Notes under the pieces: generated by a model
What the model was told of the DNA's origin: nothing
Databases searched by the model: none
What the model saw: only the letters and a program-made list of their open reading frames with translations
Translations under genes and position numbers: made by a program
DNA from: the human T2T-CHM13v2.0 reference genome, Homo sapiens
Assembly (NCBI RefSeq): GCF_009914755.1
Contig: NC_060926.1
Direction: 5' to 3' (one strand)
DNA length: 64,000 nt
Shown here: in pieces, positions 26,001-38,000 of the stretch
How positions within the stretch are numbered: position 1 is the first letter of the stretch
Layout: the number at the start of each line of letters is the position of its first letter

Positions 26001-29000
26001 CACCTAACCAGCCAGGACCGCCAGCCAGCCAGCCAGCTAGCCAACCCAGCCAAGCCAGCCAGGCAGCCAGCCACCAGAGCCACCCAAGCCAGCCAAGCCA
26101 GCCAAGCCAGCCAGCCACCCAGCCAGCCAAGCCAGCCAAGCCACCCAGCCAGCCAAGCCAGCCAAGCCTCCCAGCCAGCCAAGCCAGCCAAGCCACCCAG
26201 CCAGCCAAGCCAGCCAAGCCTCCCAGCCAGCCAAGCCAGCCAAGCCTCCCAGCCAGCCAAGCCAGCCAAGCCACCTAGCCAGCCAGGCCCGCCAGCCAGC
26301 CAGCCAGCTGGCCAAGCCAGCCAAGCCAGCCAGGCAGCCAAGCCAGCCAAGCCAGTCAAGCCCGCCAGCCAGCCAAGACAGGCATGCCAGCCAAGCCAGC
26401 CAGGCAGCCAAGCCAGCCAAGCCAGGCAGCAAGCAAAGCCAGGCAGGCCAGCCAAGCCAGCTAGGCAGCCAAGCCAGAAAAACCAGCCAGCCAGCCAAGC
26501 CAGGCATGCCAGCCAAGCCATCCAGCCGACTAAGCCAGCTGGCCAGCCAAGCCAGACAAGCCACCCGGCCATCCAAGCCAGCCAGCCAAACCAGCCAAGC
26601 CAGCCAAGCCAGCCAAGTCAGTCAGCCAGCCAGCCAGCCAAAACAGCCAAGCCTCACAGCCAGCAAAACCAGCCAAGCCACCCAGCCAGCCAAGCCAGCC
26701 AAGCCACCTAGCCAGCCAGGCCCGCCAGCCAGCCAGCCAGCGAGCCAAGCCAGCCAAGCCAGCCAGCCTGCCAAGCCAGCCGGCCAGCCAAGCTAGGCAA
26801 TCCACTCAGCCACTCAAGCCAGCCAAGTCACCCGACCATCCAAGCCAGCCAAGCCAGTCAGCCAGCCCAGACAGCCAAGCCAGCCAAGCCAGCCAAGCCA
26901 GCCAAGCCCGCCAACCAGCCAAGACAGGAATGCTAGCCAAGCCAGCCAGGCAGCCAAGCCAGCCAGGCAGCCAAGCCAGCCAAGCGAGACAGCAAGCAAA
27001 GCCAGGCATGTCAGCCAAGCCAGCCAGGCAGCCAAGCCAGCCAAGCCAGCCAGCCAGCCAAGCCAGGCATGCCAGCCAAGCCGGCCAGCCAACTAAGCCA
27101 GCCGGCTAGCCAAGCCAGCCAAGTCAGCCAACCATCCAAGCCAGCCAGCTAGCCAAGCTACCCAGCCAGCCAGCTAGCCAAACCAGCCAAGCCACCCAGC
27201 CAGCCAAGCCACCAAGCCAGCCAAGCCAGCCAAGCCAATCAGCCAGCCAGGCAGCCAGCCACCCAAGCCAGCCAAGCCAGCCAAGCCAGCCAAGCCAGCC
27301 AGCCACCCAGCCAGCCAAGCCTCCCAGACAGCCAAGCCAGCCAAGCCTCCCAGCCAGCGAAGCCAGCCAAGCCACCCAGCCAGCCAAGCCAGCCAAGCCA
27401 CCTAGCCAGCCAGGCCCGCCAGCCAGCCAGCCAGCTAGCCAAGCCAGCCAAGCCAGCCAGGCAGCCAAGCCAGCCAAGCCAGTCAAGCCCGCCAGCCAGC
27501 CAAGACAGGCATGCCAGCCAAGCCAGCCAGGCAGCCAAGCCAGCCAAGCCAGGCAGCAAGCAAAGCCAGGCAGGCCAGCCAAGCCAGCCAGGCAGCCAAG
27601 CCAGCAAAACCAGCCAGCCAGCCAAGCCAGGCATGCCAGCCAAGCCATCCAGCCGGCTAAGCCAGCTGGCCAGCCAAGCCAGACAAGCCACCCGGCCATC
27701 CAAGCCAGCCAGCCAAGCCAGCCAAGCCAGCCAAGTCAGTCAACCAGCCAGCCAGCCAAGCCAGCCAAGCCTCCCAGCCAGCAAAACCAGCCAAGCCACC
27801 CAGACAGCCAGGCCCGCCAGCCAAGCCACCTAGCCAGCCAGGCCCGCCAGCCAGCCAGCCAGCTAGCCAAGCCAGCCAAGCCAGCCAGGCAGCCAAGCCA
27901 GCCAACCCAGTCAAGCCCGCCCGGCAGCCAAGACAGGCATGCCAGCCAAGCCAGCCAGGCAGCCAAGCCAGCCAAGCCAGGCAGCAAGCAAAGCCAGGCA
28001 GGCCAGCCAAGCCAGCTAGGCAGCCAAGCCAGCAAAACCAGCCAGCCAGCCAAGCCAGGCATGCCAGCCAAGCCATCCAGCCGGCTAAGCCAGCTGGCCA
28101 GCCAAGCCAGACAAGCCACCCGGCCATCCAAGCCAGCCAGCCAAGCCAGCCAAGCCAGCCAAGCCAGCCAAGTCAGTCAACCAGCCAGCCAGCCAAGCCA
28201 GCCAAGCCTCCCAGCCAGCAAAACCAGCCAAGCCACCCAGACAGCCAAGCCAGCCAAGCCACCTAGCCAGCCAGGCCCGCCAGCCAGCCAGCCAGCGAGC
28301 CAAGCCAGCCAAGCCAGCCAGCCTGCCAAGCCAGCCGGCCAGCCAAGCTAGGCAATCCACTCAGCCACTCAAGCCAGCCAAGTCACCCGACCATCCAAGC
28401 CAGCCAAGCCAGTCAGCCAGCCCGGACAGCCAAGCCAGCCAAGCCAGCCAAGCCCGCCAACCAGCCAAGACAGGCATGCTAGCCAAGCCAGCCAGGCAGC
28501 CAAGCCAGCAAAGCCAGCCAGCAAGCAAAGCCAGGCATGTCAGCCAACCAGCCAGGCAGCCAAGCCAGCCAAGCCAGCCAGCCAGCCAAGCCAGGCATGC
28601 CAGCCAAGCCATCCAGCCAACTAAGCCAGCCGGCTAGCCAAGCCAGCCAAGCCAGCCAAGCAGCCAAGCCAGCCAGCCAAGCCAGCCAAGCCAGCCAAGT
28701 CAGTCAGCCAGCCAGCCAGCCAAGCCAGCCAAGCCTCCCAGCCAGCAAAACCAGCCAAGCCACCCAGCCAGCCAAGCCAGCCAAGCCACCTAGCCAGCCA
28801 GGCCCGCCAGCCAGCCAGCCAGCCAGCCAGCGAGCCAAGCCAGCCAAGTCAGCCAGCCTGCCAAGCCAGCCGGCCAGCCAAGCTAGGCAATCCACTCAGC
28901 CACTCAAGCCAGCCAAGTCACCCGACCATCCAAGCCAGCCAAGCCAGTCAGCCAGCCCAGACAGCCAAGCCAGCCAAGCCAGCCAAGCCAGCCAAGTCCG

Positions 29001-32000
29001 CCAACCAGCCAAGACAGGCATGCTAGCCAAGCCAGCCAGGCAGCCAAGCCAGCCAGGCAGCCAAGCCAGCCAAGCCAGACAGCAAGCAAAGCCAGGCATG
29101 TCAGCCAAGCCAGCCAGGCAGCCAAGCCAGCCACGCCAGCCAGCCAGCCAAGCCAGGCATGCCAGCCAAGCCATCCAGCCAACTAAGCCAGCTGGCTAGC
29201 CAAGCCAGCCAAGCCAGCCAACCAGCCAAGCCAGCCAGCTAGCCAAGCTACCCAGCCAGCCAGCTAGCCAAACCAGCCAAGCCACCCAGCCAGCCAAGCC
29301 ACCAAGCCAGCCAAGCCAGCCAAGCCAATCAGCCAGCCAGGCAGCCAGCCACCCAAGCCAGCCAAGCCAGCCAAGCCAGCCAAGCCAGCCAGCCACCCAG
29401 CCAGCCAAGCCTCCCAGCCAGCCAAGCCGGCCAAGCCTCCCAGCCAGCCAAGCCAGCCAAGCCACCCAGACAGCCAAGCCAGCCAAGCCACCTAGCCAGC
29501 CAGGCCCGTCAGCCAGCCAGCCAGCTAGCCAAGCCAGCCATTCCAGCCAGGCAGCCAAGCCAGCCAAGCCAGTCAAGCCCGCCAGCCAGCCAAGACAGGC
29601 ATGCCAGCCAAGCCAGCCAGGCAGCCAAGCCAGCCAAGCCAGGCAGCAAGCAAAGCCAGGCAGGCCAGCCAAGCCAGCCAGGCAGCCAAGCCAGCAAAAC
29701 CAGCCAGCCAGCCAAGCCAGGCATGCCACCCAAGCCATCCAGCCGGCTAAGCCAGCTGGCCAGCCAAGCCAGACAAGCCACCCGGCCATCCAAGCCAGCC
29801 AGCCAAGCCAGCCAAGCCAGCCAAGTCAGTCAACCAGCCAGCCAGCCAAGCCAGCCAAGCCTCCCAGCCAGCAAAACCAGCCAAGCCACCCAGACAGCCA
29901 AGCCAGCCAAGCCACCTAGCCAGCCAGGCCCGCCAGCCAGCCAGCCAGCTAGCCAAGCCAGCCAAGCCAGCCAGGCAGCCAAGCCAGCCAACCCAGTCAA
30001 GCCCGCCCGTCAGCCAAGACAGGCATGCCAGCCAAGCCAGCCAGGCAGCCAAGCCAGCCAAGCCAGGCAGCAAGCAAAGCCAGGCAGGCCAGCCAAGCCA
30101 GCTAGGCAGCCAAGCCAGAAAAACCAGCCAGCCAGCCAAGCCAGGCATGCCAGCCAAGCCATCCAGCCGGCTAAGCCAGCTGGCCAGCCAAGCCAGACAA
30201 GCCACCCGGCCATCCAAGCCAGCCAGCCAAGCCAGCCAAGCCAGCCAAGCCAGCCAAGTCAGTCAACCAGCCAGCCAGCCAAGCCAGCCAAGCCTCCCAG
30301 CCAGCAAAACCAGCCAAGCCACCCAGCCAGCCAAGCCAGCCAAGCCACCTAGCCAGCCAGGCCCGCCAGCCAGCCAGCCAGCGAGCCAAGCCAGCCAAGC
30401 CAGCCAGCCTGCCAAGCCAGCCGGCCAGCCAAGCTAGGCAATCCTCTCAGCCACTCAAGCCAGCCAAGTCACCCGACCATCCAAGCCAGCCAAGCCAGTC
30501 AGCCAGCCCGGACAGCCAAGCCAGCCAAGCCAGCCAAGCCCGCCAACCAGCCAAGACAGGCATGCTAGCCAAGCCAGCCAGGCAGCCAAGCCAGCCAAGC
30601 CAGCCAGCAAGCAAAGCCAGGCATGTCAGCCAAGCCAGCCAGGCAGCCAAGCCAGCCAAGCCAGCCAGCCAGCCAAGCCAGGCATGCCAGCCAAGCCATC
30701 CAGCCAACTAAGCCAGCCGGCTAGCCAAGCCAGCCAAGCCAGCCAAGCAGCCAAGCCAGCCAGCCAAGCCAGCCAAGCCAGCCAAGTCAGTCGGCCAGCC
30801 AGCCAGCCAAGCCAGCCAAGCCTCCCAGCCAGCAAAACCAGCCAAGCCACCCAGCCAGCCAAGCCAGCCAAGCCACCTAGCCAGCCAGGCCCGCCAGCCA
30901 GCCAGCCAGCCAGCCAGCGAGCCAAGCCAGCCAAGTCAGCCAGCCTGCCAAGCCAGCCGGCCAGCCAAGCTAGGCAATCCACTCAGCCACTCAAGCCAGC
31001 CAAGTCACCCGACCATCCAAGCCAGCCAAGCCAGTCAGCCAGCCCAGACAGCCAAGCCAGCCAAGCCAGCCAAGCCAGCCAAGCCCGCCAACCAGCCAAG
31101 ATAGGCATGCTAGCCAAGCCAGCCAGGCAGCCAAGCCAGCCAGGCAGCCAAGCCAGCCAAGCCAGACAGCAAGCAAAGCCAGGCATGTCAGCCAAGCCCG
31201 CCAGGCAGCCAAGCCAGCCACGCCAGCCAGCCAGCCAAGCCAGGCATGCCAGCCAAGCCATCCAGCCAACTAAGCCAGCTGGCTAGCCAAGCCAGCCAAG
31301 CCAGCCAACCAGCCAAGCCAGCCAACCAGCCAAGCCAGCCAGCTAGCCAAGCTACCCAGCCAGCCAGCTAGCCAAACCAGCCAAGCCACCCAGCCAGCCA
31401 AGCCACCCAGCCAGCCAAGCCAGCCAAGCCAATCAGCCAGCCAGGCAGCCAGCCACCCAAGCCAGCCAAGCCAGCCAAGCCAGCCAAGCCAGCCAGCCAC
31501 CCAGCCAGCCAAGCCTCCCAGCCAGCCAAGCCAGCCAAGCCTCCCAGCCAGCCAAGCCAGCCAAGCCACCCAGACAGCCAAGCCAGCCAAGCCACCTAGC
31601 CAGCCAGGCCCGCCAGCCAGCCAGCCAGCTAGCCAAGCCAGCCATTCCAGCCAGGCAGCCAAGCCAGCCAAGCCAGTCAAGCCCGCCAGCCAGCCAAGAC
31701 AGGCATGCCAGCCAAGCCAGCCAGGCAGCCAAGCCAGCCAAGCCAGGCAGCAAGCAAAGCCAGGCAGGCCAGCCAAGCCAGCCAGGCAGCCAAGCCAGCA
31801 AAACCAGCCAGCCAGCCAAGCCAGGCATGCCAGCCAAGCCATCCAGCCGGCTAAGCCAGCTGGCCAGCCAAGCCAGCCAAGCCACCTAGCCAGCCAGGCC
31901 CGCCAGCCAGCCAGCCAGCCAGCCAGCGAGCCAAGCCAGCCAAGCCAGCCAGCCTGCCAAGCCAGCCGGCCAGCCAAGCTAGGCAATCCACTCAGCCACT

Positions 32001-35000
32001 CAAGCCAGCCAAGTCACCCGACCATCCAAGCCAGCCAAGCCAGTCAGCCAGCCCAGACAGCCAAGCCAGCCAAGCCAGCCAAGCCAGCCAAGCCCGCCAA
32101 CCAGCCAAGACAGGCATGCTAGCCAAGCCAGCCAGGCAGCCAAGCCAGCCAGGCAGCCAAGCCAGCCAAGCCAGACAGCAAGCAAAGCCAGGCATGTCAG
32201 CCAAGCCAGCCAGGCAGCCAAGCCAGCCAGGCAGCCAAGCCAGCCAAGCCAGCCAGCAAGCAAAACCAGGCATGTCAGCCAAGCCAGCCAGGCAGCCAAG
32301 CCAGCCACGCCAGCCAGCCAGCCAAGCCAGGCATGCCAGCCAAGCCATCCAGCCAACTAAGCCAGCCGGCTAGCCAAGCCAGCCAAGCCAGCCAACCAGC
32401 CAAGCCAGCCAGCTAGCCAAGCTACCCAGCCAGCCAGCTAGCCAAGCCAGCCAAGCCACCCAGCCAGCCAAGCCAGCCAAGCCAATCAGCCAGCCAGGCA
32501 GCCAGCCACCCAAGCCAGCCAAGCCAGCCAAGCCAGCCAAGCCAGCCAGCCACGAAGCCACCCAGCCAGCCAAGCCACCCAGCCAGCCAAGCCAGCCAAG
32601 CCTCCCAGCCAGCCAAGCCAGCCAAGCCACCCAGCCAGCCAAGCCAGCCAAGCCTCCCAGCCAGCCAAGCCAGCCAAGCCTCCCAGCCAGCCAAGCCAGC
32701 CAAGCCACCTAGCCAGCCAGGACCGCCAGCCAGCCAGCTAGCCAAGCCAGCCAAGCCAGCCAGGCAGCCAAGCCAGCCAAGACAGTCAAGCCCGCCAGCC
32801 AGCCAAGACAGGCATGCCAGCCAAGCCAGCCAGGCAGCCAAGCCAGCCAAGCCAGGCAGCAAGCAAAGCCAGGCAGGCCAGCCAAGCCAGCTAGGCAGCC
32901 AAGCCAGAAAAGCCAGCCAGCCAGCCAAGCCAGGCATGCCAGCCAAGCCATCCAGCCGGCTAAGCCAGCTGGCCAGCCAAGCCAGACAAGCCACCCGGCC
33001 ATCCAAGCCAGCCAGCCAAACCAGCCAAGCCAGCCAAGCCAGCCAAGTCAGTCAGCCAGCCAGCCAGCCAAGACAGCCAAGCCTCCCAGCCAGCAAAACC
33101 AGCCAAGCCACCCAGCCAGCCAAGCCAGCCAAGCCACCTAGCCAGCCAGGCCCGCCAGCCAGCCAGCCAGCGAGCCAAGCCAGCCAAGCCAGCCAGCCTG
33201 CCAAGCCAGCCGGCCAGCCAAGCTAGGCAATCCACTCAGCCACTCAAGCCAGCCAAGTCACCCGACCATCCAAGCCAGCCAAGCCAGTCAGCCAGCCCGG
33301 ACAGCCAAGCCAGCCAAGCCAGCCAAGCCCGCCAACCAGCCAAGACAGGCATGCTAGCCAAGCCAGCCAGGCAGCCAAGCCAGCAAAGCCAGCCAGCAAG
33401 CAAAGCCAGGCATGTCAGCCAACCAGCCAGGCAGCCAAGCCAGCCAAGCCAGCCAGCCAGCCAAGCCAGGCATGCCAGCCAAGCCATCCAGCCAACTAAG
33501 CCAGCCGGCTAGCCAAGCCAGCCAAGCCAGCCAAGCAGCCAAGCCAGCCAGCCAAGCCAGCCAAGCCAGCCAAGTCAGTCAGCCAGCCAGCCAGCCAAGC
33601 CAGCCAAGCCTCCCAGCCAGCAAAACCAGCCAAGCCACCCAGCCAGCCAAGCCAGCCAAGCCACCTAGCCAGCCAGGCCCGCCAGCCAGCCAGCCAGCCA
33701 GCCAGCGAGCCAAGCCAGCCAAGTCAGCCAGCCTGCCAAGCCAGCCGGCCAGCCAAGCTAGGCAATCCACTCAGCCACTCAAGCCAGCCAAGTCACCCGA
33801 CCATCCAAGCCAGCCAAGCCAGTCAGCCAGCCCAGACAGCCAAGCCAGCCAAGCCAGCCAAGCCAGCCAAGCCCGCCAACCAGCCAAGACAGGCATGCTA
33901 GCCAAGCCAGCCAGGCAGCCAAGCCAGCCAGGCAGCCAAGCCAGCCAAGCCAGACAGCAAGCAAAGCCAGGCATGTCAGCCAAGCCAGCCAGGCAGCCAA
34001 GCCAGCCACGCCAGCCAGCCAGCCAAGCCAGGCATGCCAGCCAAGCCATCCAGCCAACTAAGCCAGCTGGCTAGCCAAGCCAGCCAAGCCAGCCAACCAG
34101 CCAAGCCAGCCAACCAGCCAAGCCAGCCAGCTAGCCAAGCTACCCAGCCAGCCAGCTAGCCAAACCAGCCAAGCCACCCAGCCAGCCAAGCCACCCAGCC
34201 AGCCAAGCCAGCCAAGCCAATCAGCCAGCCAGGCAGCCAGCCACCCAAGCCAGCCAAGCCAGCCAAGCCAGCCAAGCCAGCCAGCCACCCAGCCAGCCAA
34301 GCCTCCCAGCCAGCCAAGCCAGCCAAGCCTCCCAGCCAGCCAAGCCAGCCAAGGCACCCAGACAGCCAAGCCAGCCAAGCCACCTAGCCAGCCAGGCCCG
34401 CCAGCCAGCCAGCCAGCTAGCCAAGCCAGCCATTCCAGCCAGGCAGCCAAGCCAGCCAAGCCAGTCAAGCCCGCCAGCCAGCCAAGACAGGCATGCCAGC
34501 CAAGCCAGCCAGGCAGCCAAGCCAGCCAAGCCAGGCAGCAAGCAAAGCCAGGCAGGCCAGCCAAGCCAGCCAGGCAGCCAAGCCAGCAAAACCAGCCAGC
34601 CAGCCAAGCCAGGCATGCCAGCCAAGCCATCCAGCCGGCTAAGCCAGCTGGCCAGCCAAGCCAGACAAGCCACCCGGCCATCCAAGCCAGCCAGCCAAGC
34701 CAGCCAAGCCAGCCAAGTCAGTCAACCAGCCAGCCAGCCAAGCCAGCCAAGCCTCCCAGCCAGCAAAACCAGCCAAGCCACCCAGACAGCCAAGCCAGCC
34801 AAGCCACCTAGCCAGCCAGGCCCGCCAGCCAGCCAGCCAGCCAGCCAAGCCAGGCATGCCAGCCAAGCCATCCAGCCGGCTAAGCCAGCTGGCCAGCCAA
34901 GCCAGACAAGCCACCCGGCCATCCAAGCCAGCCAGCCAAACCAGCCAAGCCAGCCAAGCCAGCCAAGTCAGTCAGCCAGCCAGCCAGCCAAGACAGCCAA

Positions 35001-38000
35001 GCCTCCCAGCCAGCAAAACCAGCCAAGCCACCCAGCCAGCCAAGCCAGCCAAGCCACCTAGCCAGCCAGGCCCGCCAGCCAGCCAGCCAGCGAGCCAAGC
35101 CAGCCAAGCCAGCCAGCCTGCCAAGCCAGCCGGCCAGCCAAGCTAGGCAATCCACTCAGCCACTCAAGCCAGCCAAGTCACCCGACCATCCAAGCCAGCC
35201 AAGCCAGTCAGCCAGCCCGGACAGCCAAGCCAGCCAAGCCAGCCAAGCCCGCCAACCAGCCAAGACAGGCATGCTAGCCAAGCCAGCCAGGCAGCCAAGC
35301 CAGCCAAGCCAGCCAGCAAGCAAAGCCAGGCATGTCAGCCAACCAGCCAGGCAGCCAAGCCAGCCAAGCCAGCCAGCCAGCCAAGCCAGGCATGCCAGCC
35401 AAGCCATCCAGCCAACTAAGCCAGCCGGCTAGCCAAGCCAGCCAAGCCAGCCAAGCAGCCAAGCCAGCCAGCCAAGCCAGCCAAGCCAGCCAAGTCAGTC
35501 AGCCAGCCAGCCAGCCAAGCCAGCCAAGCCTCCCAGCCAGCAAAACCAGCCAAGCCACCCAGCCAGCCAAGCCAGCCAAGCCACCTAGCCAGCCAGGCCC
35601 GCCAGCCAGCCAGCCAGCCAGCCAGCGAGCCAAGCCAGCCAAGTCAGCCAGCCTGCCAAGCCAGCCGGCCAGCCAAGCTAGGCAATCCACTCAGCCACTC
35701 AAGCCAGCCAAGTCACCCGACCATCCAAGCCAGCCAAGCCAGTCAGCCAGCCCAGACAGCCAAGCCAGCCAAGCCAGCCAAGCCAGCCAAGCCCGCCAAC
35801 CAGCCAAGACAGGCATGCTAGCCAAGCCAGCCAGGCAGCCAAGCCAGCCAGGCAGCCAAGCCAGCCAAGCCAGACAGCAAGCAAAGCCAGGCATGTCAGC
35901 CAAGCCAGCCAGGCAGCCAAGCCAGCCACGCCAGCCAGCCAGCCAAGCCAGGCATGCCAGCCAAGCCATCCAGCCAACTAAGCCAGCTGGCTAGCCAAGC
36001 CAGCCAAGCCAGCCAACCAGCCAAGCCAGCCAACCAGCCAAGCCAGCCAGCTAGCCAAGCTACCCAGCCAGCCAGCTAGCCAAACCAGCCAAGCCACCCA
36101 GCCAGCCAAGCCACCCAGCCAGCCAAGCCAGCCAAGCCAATCAGCCAGCCAGGCAGCCAGCCACCCAAGCCAGCCAAGCCAGCCAAGCCAGCCAAGCCAG
36201 CCAGCCACCCAGCCAGCCAAGCCTCCCAGCCAGCCAAGCCAGCCAAGCCTCCCAGCCAGCCAAGCCAGCCAAGGCACCCAGACAGCCAAGCCAGCCAAGC
36301 CACCTAGCCAGCCAGGCCCGCCAGCCAGCCAGCCAGCTAGCCAAGCCAGCCATTCCAGCCAGGCAGCCAAGCCAGCCAAGCCAGTCAAGCCCGCCAGCCA
36401 GCCAAGACAGGCATGCCAGCCAAGCCAGCCAGGCAGCCAAGCCAGCCAAGCCAGGCAGCAAGCAAAGCCAGGCAGGCCAGCCAAGCCAGCCAGGCAGCCA
36501 AGCCAGCAAAACCAGCCAGCCAGCCAAGCCAGGCATGCCAGCCAAGCCATCCAGCCGGCTAAGCCAGCTGGCCAGCCAAGCCAGACAAGCCACCCGGCCA
36601 TCCAAGCCAGCCAGCCAAGCCAGCCAAGCCAGCCAAGTCAGTCAACCAGCCAGCCAGCCAAGCCAGCCAAGCCTCCCAGCCAGCAAAACCAGCCAAGCCA
36701 CCCAGACAGCCAAGCCAGCCAAGCCACCTAGCCAGCCAGGCCCGCCAGCCAGCCAGCCAGCTAGCCAAGCCAGCCAAGCCAGCCAGGCAGCCAAGCCAGC
36801 CAACCCAGTCAAGCCCGCCCGCCAGCCAAGACAGGCATGCCAGCCAAGCCAGCCAGGCAGCCAAGCCAGCCAAGCCAGGCAGCAAGCAAATCCAGGCAGG
36901 CCAGCCAAGCCAGCTAGGCAGCCAAGCCAGAAAAACCAGCCAGCCAGCCAAGCCAGGCATGCCAGCCAAGCCATCCAGCCGGCTAAGCCAGCTGGCCAGC
37001 CAAGCCAGACAAGCCACCCGGCCATCCAAGCCAGCCAGCCAAGCCAGCCAAGCCAGCCAAGCCAGCCAAGTCAGTCAACCAGCCAGCCAGCCAAGCCAGC
37101 CAAGCCTCCCAGCCAGCAAAACCAGCCAAGCCACCCAGCCAGCCAAGCCAGCCAAGCCACCTAGCCAGCCAGGCCCGCCAGCCAGCCAGCCAGCGAGCCA
37201 AGCCAGCCAAGCCAGCCAGCCTGCCAAGCCAGCCGGCCAGCCAAGCTAGGCAATCCACTCAGCCACTCAAGCCAGCCAAGTCACCCGACCATCCAAGCCA
37301 GCCAAGCCAGTCAGCCAGCCCGGACAGCCAAGCCAGCCAAGCCAGCCAAGCCCGCCAACCAGCCAAGACAGGCATGCTAGCCAAGCCAGCCAGGCAGCCA
37401 AGCCAGCCAAGCCAGCCAGCAAGCAAAGCCAGGCATGTCAGCCAAGCCAGCCAGCCAGCCAAGCCAGCCAAGCCAGCCAGCCAGCCAAGCCAGGCATGCC
37501 AGCCAAGCCATCCAGCCAACTAAGCCAGCCGGCTAGCCAAGCCAGCCAAGCCAGCCAAGCAGCCAAGCCAGCCAGCCAAGCCAGCCAAGCCAGCCAAGTC
37601 AGTCAGCCAGCCAGCCAGCCAAGCCAGCCAAGCCTCCCAGCCAGCAAAACCAGCCAAGCCACCCAGCCAGCCAAGCCAGCCAAGCCACCTAGCCAGCCAG
37701 GCCCGCCAGCCAGCCAGCCAGCCAGCCAGCGAGCCAAGCCAGCCAAGTCAGCCAGCCTGCCAAGCCAGCCGGCCAGCCAAGCTAGGCAATCCACTCAGCC
37801 ACTCAAGCCAGCCAAGTCACCCGACCATCCAAGCCAGCCAAGCCAGTCAGCCAGCCCAGACAGCCAAGCCAGCCAAGCCAGCCAAGCCAGCCAAGTCCGC
37901 CAACCAGCCAAGACAGGCATGCTAGCCAAGCCAGCCAGGCAGCCAAGCCAGCCAGGCAGCCAAGCCAGCCAAGCCAGACAGCAAGCAAAGCCAGGCATGT

